From the human T2T-CHM13v2.0 reference genome, Homo sapiens, in NCBI RefSeq assembly GCF_009914755.1, contig NC_060930.1: a stretch of 64,000 nt of DNA; one strand, given 5' to 3'. The stretch's first letter is position 1, and the number at the start of each line of letters is the position of its first letter. Shown piece by piece: positions 27,175-40,729 of the stretch. The notes below the pieces were generated by a model that worked only from the letters and a program-made list of their open reading frames with translations, ran no database searches and was not told where the DNA came from. The position numbers were made by a program, and so were the translations under genes.

Positions 27175-29398
27175 TATATGATTACAAACCACCATGGGTC
27201 CCACTGAAGCTGGGAAGCTGCCAAATGAGAGAAAAAAGAATAAGGTAGATTCCAAGAAGAGAATTTTAAAGAGAAGCCCACAGATTTTTGTGCCATCAAA
27301 GTAGTGACTACTAAGTTTTCCAGAAGAATAACAACTCACATCCAGATGGGGTAGCCATCTGGATGAGAACTCAGTTGAGAAGAGATTCAGATTTGGAAGC
27401 AATTCTTAGAAGGGCCATTTTGCCATGAAGAACTTCAATATAGCCACCATCCTAGGTCAACTGGAACTAGTAATTCCAGACCACTTCCATCTTCCTACAA
27501 GATAAAGTGGCTACTCAGCAAAGAACCGCGATGACCTCCTGATTTACATGATTGCTATTTACATGTCCTCACAATTTCCATCTTTTTCTTCAGGTCCATT
27601 ATTTTTTCTTTATGAATATAATGCACTGTCACAATTAATGCCACATTTCCTGTAATTCGTGGAATTCTCAAGTCTCATAAATCCTCAACAAGTATCTCTG
27701 TTGTTGCTAATAATTAGTCTAGAAGGAAAGGCAAAGTTTCTTGTTTAAGCTTCTAACAAGTATATAGCATCTTCCTTAGAGATGTATGGCTCATCAAGTT
27801 AGTCTCAAAGAGATGATTCATTCTCTCGCTTAGATGCTTTCTTAGTTAATGACCCATCCGACAATAAAGTTGGCCCTCTATAACCCAAGCCCCGAGGACT
27901 TGAGAAGGGTCTATCATGTGAACTCTTCTAGACATTTGCTGTGGGCTTCATTATGGCTAACTATAAAGTGTGATAAGAAAACGACCTGGTTAATTTAAGA
28001 GTTCCACTGGTTTATGCTTTCTTGCTACTTACAGAAATCCGCTTACACCATCAGGTAATTTCCCATAGGCAGAGGACAAATTTCATAGTGACCAGAAAAG
28101 AACTTAATGCCATAGAACAAGTTAGTCCAACTAACTCCAATCACTCCCGTCGCTAAGCCTTGCTCTTCTGTTGTAAAACGCTCCATGATACCCATGAGCA
28201 GCCACCACTGAGGACTAATGTTGAGATCCCCAAGATGTAAGTTGAACTGACGTGAGAAGAATGAACAAAAGGAAGAGAAGGAAGTGGACAAAGAGAATTC
28301 AGGTGACGGATTTTTTTTTTCTCAACAATGGCTAGGATATCTGTGTCAATTAACATTTGCATGTTTTGAGAAGTTAGCATGGCTCTATGAAATCCTTTCA
28401 AAGATTTGGCATAGCTAATGATGATACCTTGGGTTTATAGGATGAATGGCTTTCCAAAACACACCATGCAATTCACAGCTGATCCTCATAACATCTCAGC
28501 ATGCTAGAGGAAGGGGAAAGAGACAGGGATTGGCAACAAAGGAGCTTGCCCAAGGACCTGAGAATGGCATCAGAGGCTTGGTCTCCAGCTCCCATTTCAG
28601 AATATTCACTGTCAAATGTGATCCTCCCAGCACACAGCTCCAAAAAAGTGGTTCAGAGTCATGAATTCATTCACCCCTTCACTTAATTCCAGATAATCAC
28701 ATGCACTTGAGGCTTGGGAAGCCCCTTAACTGCCTCTCTTGACCCCGCCTTGGAACGTTAACCATGATCATAGGCTAACCTTAGAGTGAACATGGGGGAT
28801 ACTGTAGGGGAGTCAGTTTATATGGAATTTATCCAGGTGAATTTCAATCTCAATTAGACATCTTGAAACAACGTAAAATTGTATATGGGTTACTTGATCC
28901 TCACACCTCATAAATTTAATGGAATGAATTTTGATCTACCCAGCTCCTCCTGGTAAAAGACTGGTGAGTGTGGGCAAAGGACTTTCCAGTATATTTGGCA
29001 TAAACGTCCCTCAGGGAAAGCCTGGCGGAGCCTAGTTTCAAACACATGTGGGCAAGCAGGGGTGGAGGGGTGGGGTGGATGGGTCCACACATCTCCTGTT
29101 GGCCAGAAGGGAAAAGGCACACCTAAGCCTCTTCTCACCTCATCTGTCCCTTGGGACATCACAGGCTAACAGAAGTTATGTGCAAATGCCTAAACAGGAA
29201 GTGTTTATTTATTTAGCCATGCTTTGTGACTCCTTCTTGCAATCCCACATTACCATTAAATGGCCCATCTTCCCTCAACTTACCCTTCTCTTTCCCACAC
29301 TTCTTACAGGTAGACTCTTCAGCTCAATGAAGCCTTTCTACTGCTGTTCCTCCACTCCGATGCCTCAGGGCAAGCAATGTCACAAACATTTCTCCTCC

Positions 29399-29573
29399 CA
29401 GGACAACTACATAATTCATGGACCCATTGCAAAATAAAAATGTGAGGACCTTTATTCAAAAGTTATAAGTATTCAAGATGGCAACAGCAGAGTAGTAAAC
29501 CAAGCTTGGATACTTCTGAGTACAGGGCCTGCATGACTGCCCATGCAATTCCATGCCCATGATACCCACCCTG
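29399..29573 (-). mobile_element. MER45A (hAT-Tip100)
   Basis: CAGGACAACTACATAATT...TTCAAGATGGCAACAGCAGAG...AAACCAAGC...CCCTG. Confidence 0.8.
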
Positions 29574-31233
29574 CTGCCTCCTACTTGGCCATTAGACAAA
29601 AGAATGTTGCCCACTAAGCAAGCTTTGTCAATCCCCAGTCAACCATAGTTCATGGGTTGAGTTGATCTTTGTATTTAAATATTTTCTTGCCAATACAACT
29701 GTAAAATCTTCTTTAAAAATAACCATGCCCTTTTATTTTTATCCCTTAATAGGACCTAGCGCAATGCTTTGTACAGACTAGGTGTTGATGAAATGATTGT
29801 TCTCAGTAAAATTTCAGAACAATCATGAATAACACTCTGGTCAACTCAAGGGGCAACTCCACTCCTATTTAGCAAATGATATCAGACAACCTAGGGTCTT
29901 CAGGGGATCCTGGGGTCCTTCAAACAACCTAGGGTCTTCAGAGGAGCACTAGGAAAGGCTAAGGCCTTTGGGAGGAGGGCATGGTGCAAGATCCCTTTGC
30001 ACCTGGACTCCACTTATTAGCGACTGCAGAAAGGACAGTCCCTGCCAGGAAGTCAGACACTGAACCTTGTTTGAACCTGGATTCCCAGGCTGTGGCAGTA
30101 AGAAACAGGGATGGGGTTAGTTAAATGGACAGTGTGGCTCCTCAGGGGCTGGCTGCAATGCTGAGGGGTGGGGGGTCATGTCCACAAAGCATTTCACTTT
30201 TAAAGCCCATGCTCATTCTTGTTGTCACTTTCCCATTGAACTACATGGCCGAGTCTCATCAGGGTGTATGTTTCCATGCTGATGTCAGTCATCTCTGTTT
30301 CGGGTCCCTCACCCACTGCAGCTTGCAGAGTGGAGGCGGTTCTTGCTCCCTGCTCTTTTGATGTTAGTTATTTTTTGATATTTTTCTCTGATGCTTTGAT
30401 ACCTATCAAGGTCTTAAATCTGCAGTGAGCAGGGGGTTATCCAAGAATCAAAGAACAGAGTTGGTGCAGCTGGAAGAATATGGATGGGAGGGGATGTGAT
30501 TTATTTCAGAGATTTGCCACCATCCATAGTTCCAGAAAAACAATGATGTTCTTGCATTGGACAGCAACTCTTCATAGTAAGATCACAAAATGCTTTGCAA
30601 ATATTGATTCATTCATCCTCCATCATGAGTATGAGTTCTGTTTTAACTGTGGATATCTGTTAGGCCTTCAGGGAAACAATTACAGGGACACCTCATTCTT
30701 CTGAAGGTCACCTCTCTGCCATCCTCCACCATCCAATATATAAATTAGAACCAGGGGGTCTCTGAATGGCCAAGAGAGATGCACCAAAGCCCTTATACTT
30801 TGTTCCTAGAGGAAGCCCTCCCTTGGAACCTGATAATTCTTATTTTAAATGCTATTCTGACAAGTTTGGTTATCTAGTTACACAGCCAACGAAAGATGAA
30901 GGGCCATAAAGGCAGGAAGAAAGGGAAGGGTGCAGGCAGGCAGAGTGAGAGCAGAGATGCGTAACAAATTAGAGTCTTGGGGGCAGAGGACAGTTTCTGA
31001 CCTTATGTCCCAGAATCCCATGCAGGGCCACCCCTCCAGATGCCGTAATGCCTTCTGCATTCACATCCACCTACCTTTGCACATGCTGAACTCAGGACCT
31101 GGGATGTCCTTACTGGGATCTCTAGTCATCAACCACCTATTCATCCTTTAAGACCCAACCCATATGGCCCCTCCATGGGAGACCCTCCCATTACATATTT
31201 GTCCCACCTGCAACACTGAATTAAATGTAGATT

Positions 31234-31270
31234 TATATGTATATAATATATACATATATTATATATATAT

Positions 31271-31327
<57 letters not shown>

Positions 31328-31330
31328 TAT
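31234..31330. repeat. (TA)n microsatellite at the tail of an L1PA
   Basis: Long, nearly pure TA run ending in (CA)n. Confidence 0.95.
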
Positions 31331-31453
31331 ACTTTAAGTTCTAGGGTACTTGTGCACAACGTGCAGGTTTGTTACATATGTATACATGTGCCAGGTTGGT
31401 GTGCTGCACCCATTAACTTGTCATTAACATTAGGTATTTCTCCTAATGCTATC
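31329..31453 (-). mobile_element. Young L1PA 3' terminus (~125 bp) inserted in an L2
   Basis: ACTTTAAGTTCTAGGGTAC...GTGCACAACGTGCAGGTTTGTTACATATGTATACATGTGCC. Confidence 0.92.
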
Positions 31454-32057
31454 TGTGTCTGCTCCTCTGACCAAACCAGCAGCACCTAAGGGCAGAAATC
31501 ATTTTGAGTATAGATTTGTAACCACACTGTCTCAAACACAGAAAGTGCTCAAGAAATATTTGCTCAAAGAAAGAAGGAAATACCTACAGCAAGTGGACAG
31601 GGTAGCTTAAGAGGTGTGGCAACCAGAGTCCCTGAAGTTATCACTCTGAAATACAGCCCCTGGATTGAATGACAACCACAATGATTGCCCCAGATTATTT
31701 TTAAAAGGTTAAGATATGTTCCATATCCTTTGTTTGAAAAGGCAAGTACAAGTGTGATATATTTTTAGAAAGATTTTGATAATAGCTATAGAAAAATCAT
31801 TTATTTGAAACATATTATCTGAATTAATATTTAATAGATGAGGAGCTACAATCAACGTTATTTTGTGTGTGTGTGCACATCAACATCATTTTTACTAAAA
31901 AGATTAAATTTAATCATAAGTAGTTATAATTACATCTAAATCATTCATTTAGCCATTTAAGCAAGTAGAAAAAAATTCAACTAAAATAATTTGGAATATA
32001 GAAATTATGTCAATACCCCTTAAAAAGAGTACATGAAATGCAAAATTGATGTAGCTA

Positions 32058-32662
32058 TTCTTTTCTTTTTATTTAGCTTTTATTTTAAGTTCAGGGGTAC
32101 AGGTACAAGCTTGTTATATAGGTAAACCCATGTCATGGGAGTTTGTTTTATAGACTATTTCATCACTCGGGTATTAAGCCTAGTATTCATTAGTTATTCT
32201 TCCTGAGCATCTCCCTCCTCCCACTCTCCACCCTCCAATAGGCCATAGTGTGTGTTGTTCCCCTCTGTGTGTCCATCTGTTCTCATCATTTAGCTCCCAC
32301 TTATAAATGAGAACATGTGGTATCTTGTTTTCTGTTCTTGCATTAGTTTGCTAAGGATAATGGCCTCCAGCTCCATCCAAGTTCCTGCAAAGGACATAAT
32401 CTCATTCTTTACATGGCTGCATACTATTCCATGCCGTATATGTACCACATTTTCTTTAACCCATATGCCACTGATGGGCATTTAGGTTGATTCCCGGTCT
32501 TTGCTATTATGAATAGTGTTGCAATGAACATACACGTACATACGTCTTTATACTAGAGTGATTTCTATTCCTTTGGGTATATACCCAGTAATGGGATTGC
32601 TGGGTTGAATGGTATTTCCATTTTTAGGTCTTTGAGGAATCACCACATTATCTTCCATAATG
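32058..32662 (-). mobile_element. 5'-truncated L1PA (about L1PA13 age)
   Basis: 3' UTR plus ORF 32290-32481 giving the L1-typical peptide EIMSFAGTWMELEAIILSKL. Confidence 0.92.
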
Positions 32663-34389
32663 TATCGATATTATTTAGTCAATGCATGAACTAAAAGGAA
32701 CTGGTATTTCTAAGACACAAACTCTGAACCATAACTTCAAGCTTTGCTTCTCTTGTTGACCTAGGGAGTGTCTGGTCACCTTCCAAGAGGTAGGCCAAAG
32801 AAGCAGCTCTTGTTTAAAGTAATAGCAATGGGATGGGCTTCAGTAAAAATGTGCACATCAAAACATGAGGCACCTGCATACAAAAGGAAGGTTTCTGCTC
32901 CTAGGGTGAAGAGATTTTGTTCCTTTCTTTCTTTTAGCACAATTCTGTTTACTGTTCAGCCCTAGGAAAGTATATAGTGTTGTTGAAATATTAATAATTA
33001 TACTACTTGTCCAAACAAACTCTTTATGTTCTGCTTTTGGAAAGGCGATCAAGGTGAGGTGGGGATGGGGCAGGGAGCACAGGGATGCATCTGCCACTTC
33101 ATTGCCTGACATTTAAATACAGGTTGACACATTTAAATCCAACCCTAACCACACCAGGAAGTGACAGCACGTTATAAAATAATAAATGTGATATCATTAG
33201 GGGAGGTGACAAAACCCATTGTTTGTTTTCTGGGCCTCTTCCATGTATTTGGCAGCACTGTCCCAGATGTTTGAGATCATTTTAATTCAGCTGTAAGCCT
33301 ATCTGTTAAAAAGAAACACAAATATCACACCTGATACCCATTCAAGTTAAATATCCTATGATTATAACAGTAGAACAGGATCACCTTTGTGTTGACCACA
33401 AAGTTAAACTCAGTTACCTCCAATTGCCTCCACCTCCACCTCTTGACTGATTTCTGTGGTCTCAACGCAAGTGGGACAAATGGAGTGGCCAGGAGACAAC
33501 CCAACAAAGCCGCACAGGGCCAAGGAATCTGCACATCTCACAGCCTTCCCAGCACCCACTTCCCATCCTTAATGACTTTCAAGGTTAAAACACACTTCTT
33601 TTCAAAGTCAAAGCAGTGGGCAGCTTCATGGCAGCTCTGCAAAGCATACTCCAGTTCTGAAAATGTGCCCACTGCCACCATGTTAAAAGGAAGAGCTGCT
33701 TTAATCTCCAGCTGATTGTCAGGGCTAAAGAAAGTCATGCCAGGCAGTAGCCAAGCCAACCCGGGCTGGCTGCATTAACAAACAGAAGAGCACCTGGACA
33801 CCCATGGTACAGCAAACAGCCGAGATGGTGAGAGGAGGAAGAGGGGCCAGAGCATCTTAACAGGGTCAGAATGACCCTCCAGAGACACCCTGCAGAGACC
33901 CCAAGTATCACCCCAAAGTGATCCAAGAAAGGCCTCATGCTTAGGCGCCAGGGACAACTGTTACTGGCGGTGCTGGGCAATGCATTGTCAGTGTACTACT
34001 TTGAATGCCATTCCCAAGCCCTCTAAACATTAGTAAAATGATATTTTCATTAAGAATAAAAATACAATTATCAAAATCTTTCCATTCTCATTCTATGACC
34101 AGAAAATGAGGAAGACAAGGAGAATGGAGAAAAGTCATCCACAATTCCCACCTTTATATCATAGCCTCTGAAACAAAACATAAGGAAAATAGTCTATCAA
34201 GTGGCTCCAGGTGGTGAGCGATGTACAACTGTCGCTGAGAAAATGGGGTGGAATACGTAAGCTTGCTTTCTAGATGTTTGGTGGTCTCTTTTTCTAGGAA
34301 GGAACTGATGCTATAGAATTGTAGGGGCTTTGTTTTTGTTTGTCAGATTTGATAGGAAACTGAGAGTTCATCTTGTCCAAATGCCCATG

Positions 34390-34810
34390 GTGCAGATCAG
34401 CTGGGAGGCTGCTCTGAGGCCCACCCTCCAGCCTTCACCTCTTTCCCAGATTGCCTTGCCAACGGCCTCATGGCTGGTAGAGCCCATGGGAAGCACCGGC
34501 TGGACCCTAAAAGGCAGGGGAAAGGAAAGGCCAGGACATTGGTCCTCCTGTTTCAATGTCAGTAGGAGGTCCCCGCCAAAGGCTGCATCTCCTCTGAGGC
34601 TCCAGGCCCAGACAAGGCCCCTCTCCATGGCCATTGGTCCCTCTGGGTATCCCCCGTGGGGTTTTAGCACTAGCCAGAAGACCACCTTCTGGCTACCCTC
34701 GAAGACCACCTTCCCCTTTGTTCCTCCAGCCCTACGTATGTAGATACATCTTGTTCATTCTTATCTCCAGATGGCCTCCTTGCCCAGTGTCACCAATCCC
34801 CAAATCTCCT
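34390..34810 (+). mobile_element. LTR33-like ERVL LTR
   Basis: CCCATGGGAAGCACCGGCTGGA, GGCTGCATCTCCTCTGAGGCTCCAG, TTGTTCCTCCAGCCCTA. Confidence 0.6.
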
Positions 34811-34869
34811 TAGTCTAGACTACATAGAGTGGATTCTGGCACCCTGGATCAATGCTGACTGCTGTACTT

Positions 34870-34960
34870 AACGGATGAATCCTCTCTACAATGCCTCTCA
34901 GGAAGCTTTCTAGGCTTTGCTTAAATGCTTCCAAAGACTTGGAACTTATTACCTCAAAGC
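34870..34960 (-). mobile_element. L3/CR1 3' fragment
   Basis: CTAGGCTTTGCTTAAATGCTTCCAAAGACTTGGAACTTATTACCTC resembles antisense CR1 3' region. Confidence 0.55.
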
Positions 34961-36184
34961 TTCCTTGCACAAATAGATTAGCTGGACTATCTTCCTTCTG
35001 TCCCACCTGCCTCCCACTTACCTTTAGCCCAGAGCTTCATAGAATTGGTCCAAGCTCACTCTCAGCACCAGAACCCCTAGGTGCCACTCCCATGCAAAGG
35101 AAAGGTTAGGGTTGAGTTTGTGGTCTGATCTGAAGGGCAGTTAGAAGGTCCCTCCTGAAATCTCACCAATTATGATTCATTTCATAAGACTAAAACACTG
35201 ACACCTCAAAGTATCCACGTTACAAAAATACTGCATTCGTGGGAAATGCACAAAGCTGCCATCATGGACTGAAAGCTTCGCAGGAATTTATTCTATGTCT
35301 TTCCTTACAGTGATTGGCTGACAACAGGGCTCTTTGGAAAGGGATCTTGATGAAATGAGGGCTGGGGAGGAATGCCTTTGGAGCATCCAGGAGTCCTGGG
35401 GTAGAGACAGCCTGCGAAAGTGGCCCACAGCTGGGGCTGTGAGCTGCCAGAGGAGAAATTCTCTGAGCAGTGAGACACACATCAGAGAGCGCAGAGGGGA
35501 GAGTTCCTGCAAACAGCGACCACGCGGCAGCTTTGCTGGGATGATCCTGCACACCTTTTCTCAGCCTATCTTCCAGGGTCCCCTCCTGCCCCTTCTTGCA
35601 CTCCAGCGGACAGAAGCTGCGGCCATGCTTACCTTCACTCCAACAAATAAAAAGAAGGAAAATGCCAACAAAATGATTGCTTGCATTCATATGTGCCGTT
35701 CCTGCAAGTTTAGCATATTTCACTGGTAAGCACTGCAGGAAGTAAAAAATACTGCTCAAGAGGAGATTTTATCCAGCTGCCCTCTTCCCAGAAAGTAAAC
35801 AGATAATAAAATAAATCTAATCAGCATTCCTTTTCACTTAGCTGAAATTAAATTTTACTCATCATGGGTAAGTAGCTAATTACATGTTTAGTGTAAAGAA
35901 AATTCCGAGGACATTACCTTATTTACTTTCTTCTTGTGTCAATAGATGAGGGACATTGGCATTCAGATGGAGGTGGCAACAGCTGGCGGCTTATGTCAAT
36001 GTACCTTTTATGGCCTGAATTCAGAGCTACACAAAGCAAACAGGGGAGACGCTGGAATTAAATTGTCTTCGACCCCAAATCTAGGCAATCGCCCATTGAT
36101 TTATAGCAACTGCAAGTTCTGATGAAATTGCTTCTAAAATGGATTGATCCCTGGAGTCTAAGTGCTTTTTTTAAGCCAAAATTT

Positions 36185-36375
36185 CTTGAGTGCTTATCAT
36201 GAACTAGGTATTTCTTATAGATTTTTATCACAACCCAGGAGGTAAGTCCTCTTTTTATACCCATTTCACAGTGGTAGAAACCCAAGCTTAAAGGCTAAAC
36301 AACACCTCCAAGGTCAATCAGCTGGTAAGTGAGAGACCAAAATCTGTCTGACATCAAAGACAATACTTTTCATGG
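36185..36375 (-). mobile_element. MIR
   Basis: CCCATTTCACAGTGGTAGAAAC...CCAAGGTCAATCAGCTGGTAAGT. Confidence 0.7.
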
Positions 36376-38471
36376 TGTGGTTGCCTCTGCCACAAAGGGG
36401 CTTCTTTCGGGGCCACACTACAGCTGCCACATGTTCACACTATGTGAGCCCAAGAGTTCTGAGGCTCTAGATCAGGAATGAAAGATAAAAAAGAAAACTC
36501 AAAATGCCATGCTTGATCACAGAACCAGTCATCTCTCACCTGCTCAAACCATCGCCTTTTGTCCTGTATCAAGAAAACATCCGGCTTCAGAGCTACCTTT
36601 AGGGTGACAGACCTCATACATGGCCACTTGCTTCTCGGCGCGATATCACTCCCCTAAGCTTTCCACTCAGGAAGTCGCTCCTGTATGCTGCACACTGGCA
36701 GAGAACACACTTGCTCTCTGTAAAGTGTTTAGGGAATTCAGCAGACTGTACAATCCGTAGTGTTGTTAATGAGAGCTGTGTGTTTAATTCCCCATGCTCT
36801 GAGCAGGACCCAGGGGTATTCTTTTTTAACTCGGGAAACACACAAATGCAAATAATTCCATACCAATAGAACTGCCCTGAATTAGTAAGGCTTAAATGAG
36901 TCTGTGCACAATTATTCCAGCTCCTGATCATTACTCATCGAAGCTTATGTGTATGTCATTACATTTTTCTTTTAACACACTCCAAACAAATGTCTCCAGT
37001 CTCTGGAAAAGAAACTTTTGCAGTCTATTTTTTTTTTTTTTTCCAGTTTCAGATATCCTAGGTCGTTGTCAACATCCTACCAGCTTTTTCATTCAATCTA
37101 TTTTTTTCTATAGCTATTTTGAATCTTATCTGGAGATACAGTTAAATAAAATCTGTTTGAACCTAAAGACTTGAATTTGTCACATGCAGCCTCTAGACAA
37201 TAAATAAAAAGAAACAAGGCCAATCACCCTGTCTAGGTGATGGCTACAACTACCAGAGAAAAGTATTTTCCCTCCATGATGAAAAGTCCATTGCAGCAAT
37301 GATTGCTCAGCAATGGATGTTCCCATCAAAACATGCCCCCAAAGAGTTTCTCCCAGGTTTAGCATAGAGAACAGAAGCTATAATGCTTTTATTTATAGTG
37401 ACCTGGGAGATAGATTAGCTCATTTAAAGGATACTTAAGACCATAACAAAAGTCATCAACTTTTGATGGTGCCCAACCCTCCCTGGGGAACAAATTCTTC
37501 CAGGTTATGTTTCCAGAGACCAACCAGAGATACAGGAATAAAAAGGTGTTCCCATACCACCTGAATGCAGATTGCCAGACCACAGCTAGGTCCTATTGAA
37601 AATCATACACTTAGGAAGGACTTACCCCAAGGGAAGAAGTTGGGCAGTACGGGGTACTGTTTTGGGTACCTATCCAAACTAAAACTGCCATTTTAGAGAA
37701 TCCACCAAAATATATCTGACATCATGTTACCTGAGACCTGGTGGAGAAATACTGTGGGAGGAGGGAGGCAATCCACAAATTTCAGCTTTACTGTGAATTT
37801 TTAGTCTCACATTGCAAGGACTCCTTCCTCGTCCCTACTGACACCTGTTCTTGCCTGTAAATTAGGATGTAAAACTTACCGCCCCTTCCCAAAAGACTGA
37901 AGGTAGCCTTTGAATTCCTTTCATTTGTATCAATCGGTTATGATTTAACACTGACTGAAAACATAGGCCATCTATCTTCCACTTCCTGTCTTTCTGACTC
38001 AGTGGCCCCCTTTTTATCCACTCCACTCTGCCCAGTCTATTTTCATTTGGGGTGAATCACTTCTTCCTCACGAGTTTCTCCATTTTCTCCCCTTCCCTCA
38101 CCCTCTTGGATTTTCCCTTTCAAATAAAGAAAGTAAATTGGCTTATTGTTTATTATTTCTTAGAACTCTGTGCCTGTTTATAAACTTCCATTGTTTAGTA
38201 TTTGGAAATGTTATAAGATAATTTTGTAAGAAATGTTAGAAGATGTGGGAAACCCAGGATTTTTTTTCTAATATTGCTCTTAATTTGAAATATGTGCCAG
38301 AGTGGTCTAGTATCGACCATAAATGAACCCCTCAACACAAGAATTACAGGTTCCCAAACCCTAGGAACTGATTATGGGTTGACAAATCCAATTACAGTGA
38401 TTTTTCCTATAACAATAAATGTGTTCCTAAAATTCTTCATGTTATGGAATTTCACATAATTAAAAAATATA

Positions 38472-38911
38472 TATGGCAGATGACATCAGTGCTTCAAACA
38501 TTTCCCCTCACCTTCTTCACTTGATTGCAGGTGAGCCAGACTGACCACAACCTGTCCCTGTAGACAGGGTCTCTCTGGCCTCTGAAGCCCTTTGCCTGTC
38601 CATGTAGAGGATTAGAAGTGCTAGGAAATTCATGCCTCCCAGGACCAGTTCTAACCAAGACCTCACAGGAGTTAGAGGGAAAATACTCCAGTTCCCTTGG
38701 CCCTCCAGCACTGGCTCCTTGACATTCCCTGGAGAGGTTACGCTCTAGTCGCCCACACTTGTGGCTGTCCTAACATACTCTCTGTTCATTGCCTTCTTCT
38801 CTGGGTGTCATTTCCCCACTCCCCTTCTAATATTTCCTTCATCTCTCAGTTAAACTACTTACACTCTAATTTTTGTCTCAGCGTCTTCTCCTGGAGATCT
38901 TAAATTAAGAC
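38472..38911 (+). mobile_element. LTR16-type ERVL LTR
   Basis: TGGCAGATGACATCAGTGC...AAACTACTTACACTCTAAT...TGTCTCAGCGTC...TAAGACA. Confidence 0.7.
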
Positions 38912-38947
38912 ATAGGGCCACTCAAAACCTTTCTGTTTTTTTAAGTG

Positions 38948-39019
38948 GAGAAGGAAGGAAGGAAGGAAGGAGAGAAAGAGAGAAAAGAGAAGAGGAAAGA
39001 AAGGAAGAAAGAGAGAGAG

Positions 39020-39074
<55 letters not shown>

Positions 39075-39232
39075 GAAAGAAAGAAAGAAAAAAGAGAAAG
39101 AAAGAAAGAAAGAGAAAGAAAGAAAGAGAAAGAAAGAAATGAAGAAAAGAAAAGAAAAAGACGGGAAAAACAGGAAAGAAAGGAAGAGAAAGAAAGAGAA
39201 AGGAGGGAGGGAGGGAGGGAAAGAGAAGATGA
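38948..39232 (+). repeat. (GAAA)n / (GGAA)n compound polypurine microsatellite
   Basis: Directly visible; nearly all purine on + strand. Confidence 0.97.
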
Positions 39233-39639
39233 AGCAACAATACCACTATTAAAATGCTACCAAACTTTAAACATGTTACATTCTTAATTTTAAAAAAATG
39301 TATCTTTTGATGAATTACCTTGACAAATAGCATGAATATTCCTTAGGAAGTAGGTGTATGAAATGCTGTGCCTTTTGACTTATGAAGATGAGGTAGAAGC
39401 AAGGACATCCTAGTTTTCAGCACAGAACATTGCAATACTAGAGGCTGATAGCTATGGCTCACTGTCCGCTATTTCTGTCTTCTACATTGACTTAAAATAG
39501 AAATCCAGCTTTGTTTTTTGCCAGTTTCCTTTTTTCATGACACAAAGTGATAGCCTGTTATATTTAGCATGAAGTCATCATCTTCAATTCACTGCAGGTG
39601 CTTTTAAATCCCACTTAAATAGAAGATAACTGCTATACA

Positions 39640-40729
<1,090 letters not shown>

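Noticed and set aside
32290-32481. 63-aa ORF
   Set aside because: Lies within a 5'-truncated L1PA; not an independent gene.
35262-35759. Overlapping 165-aa (-) and 131-aa (+) ORFs in non-repeat DNA
   Set aside because: No recognisable domain or convincing splice structure; explained by locally higher GC.
17335-39327. Exact 18-mer ATGAATTACCTTGACAAA at ~17335 and ~39310
   Set aside because: AT-rich, 22 kb apart, no extended flanking homology; compatible with chance.
38941-39333. Lys/Glu/Arg-rich and Phe/Leu/Ser-rich ORFs
   Set aside because: Translations of the (GAAA)n microsatellite.
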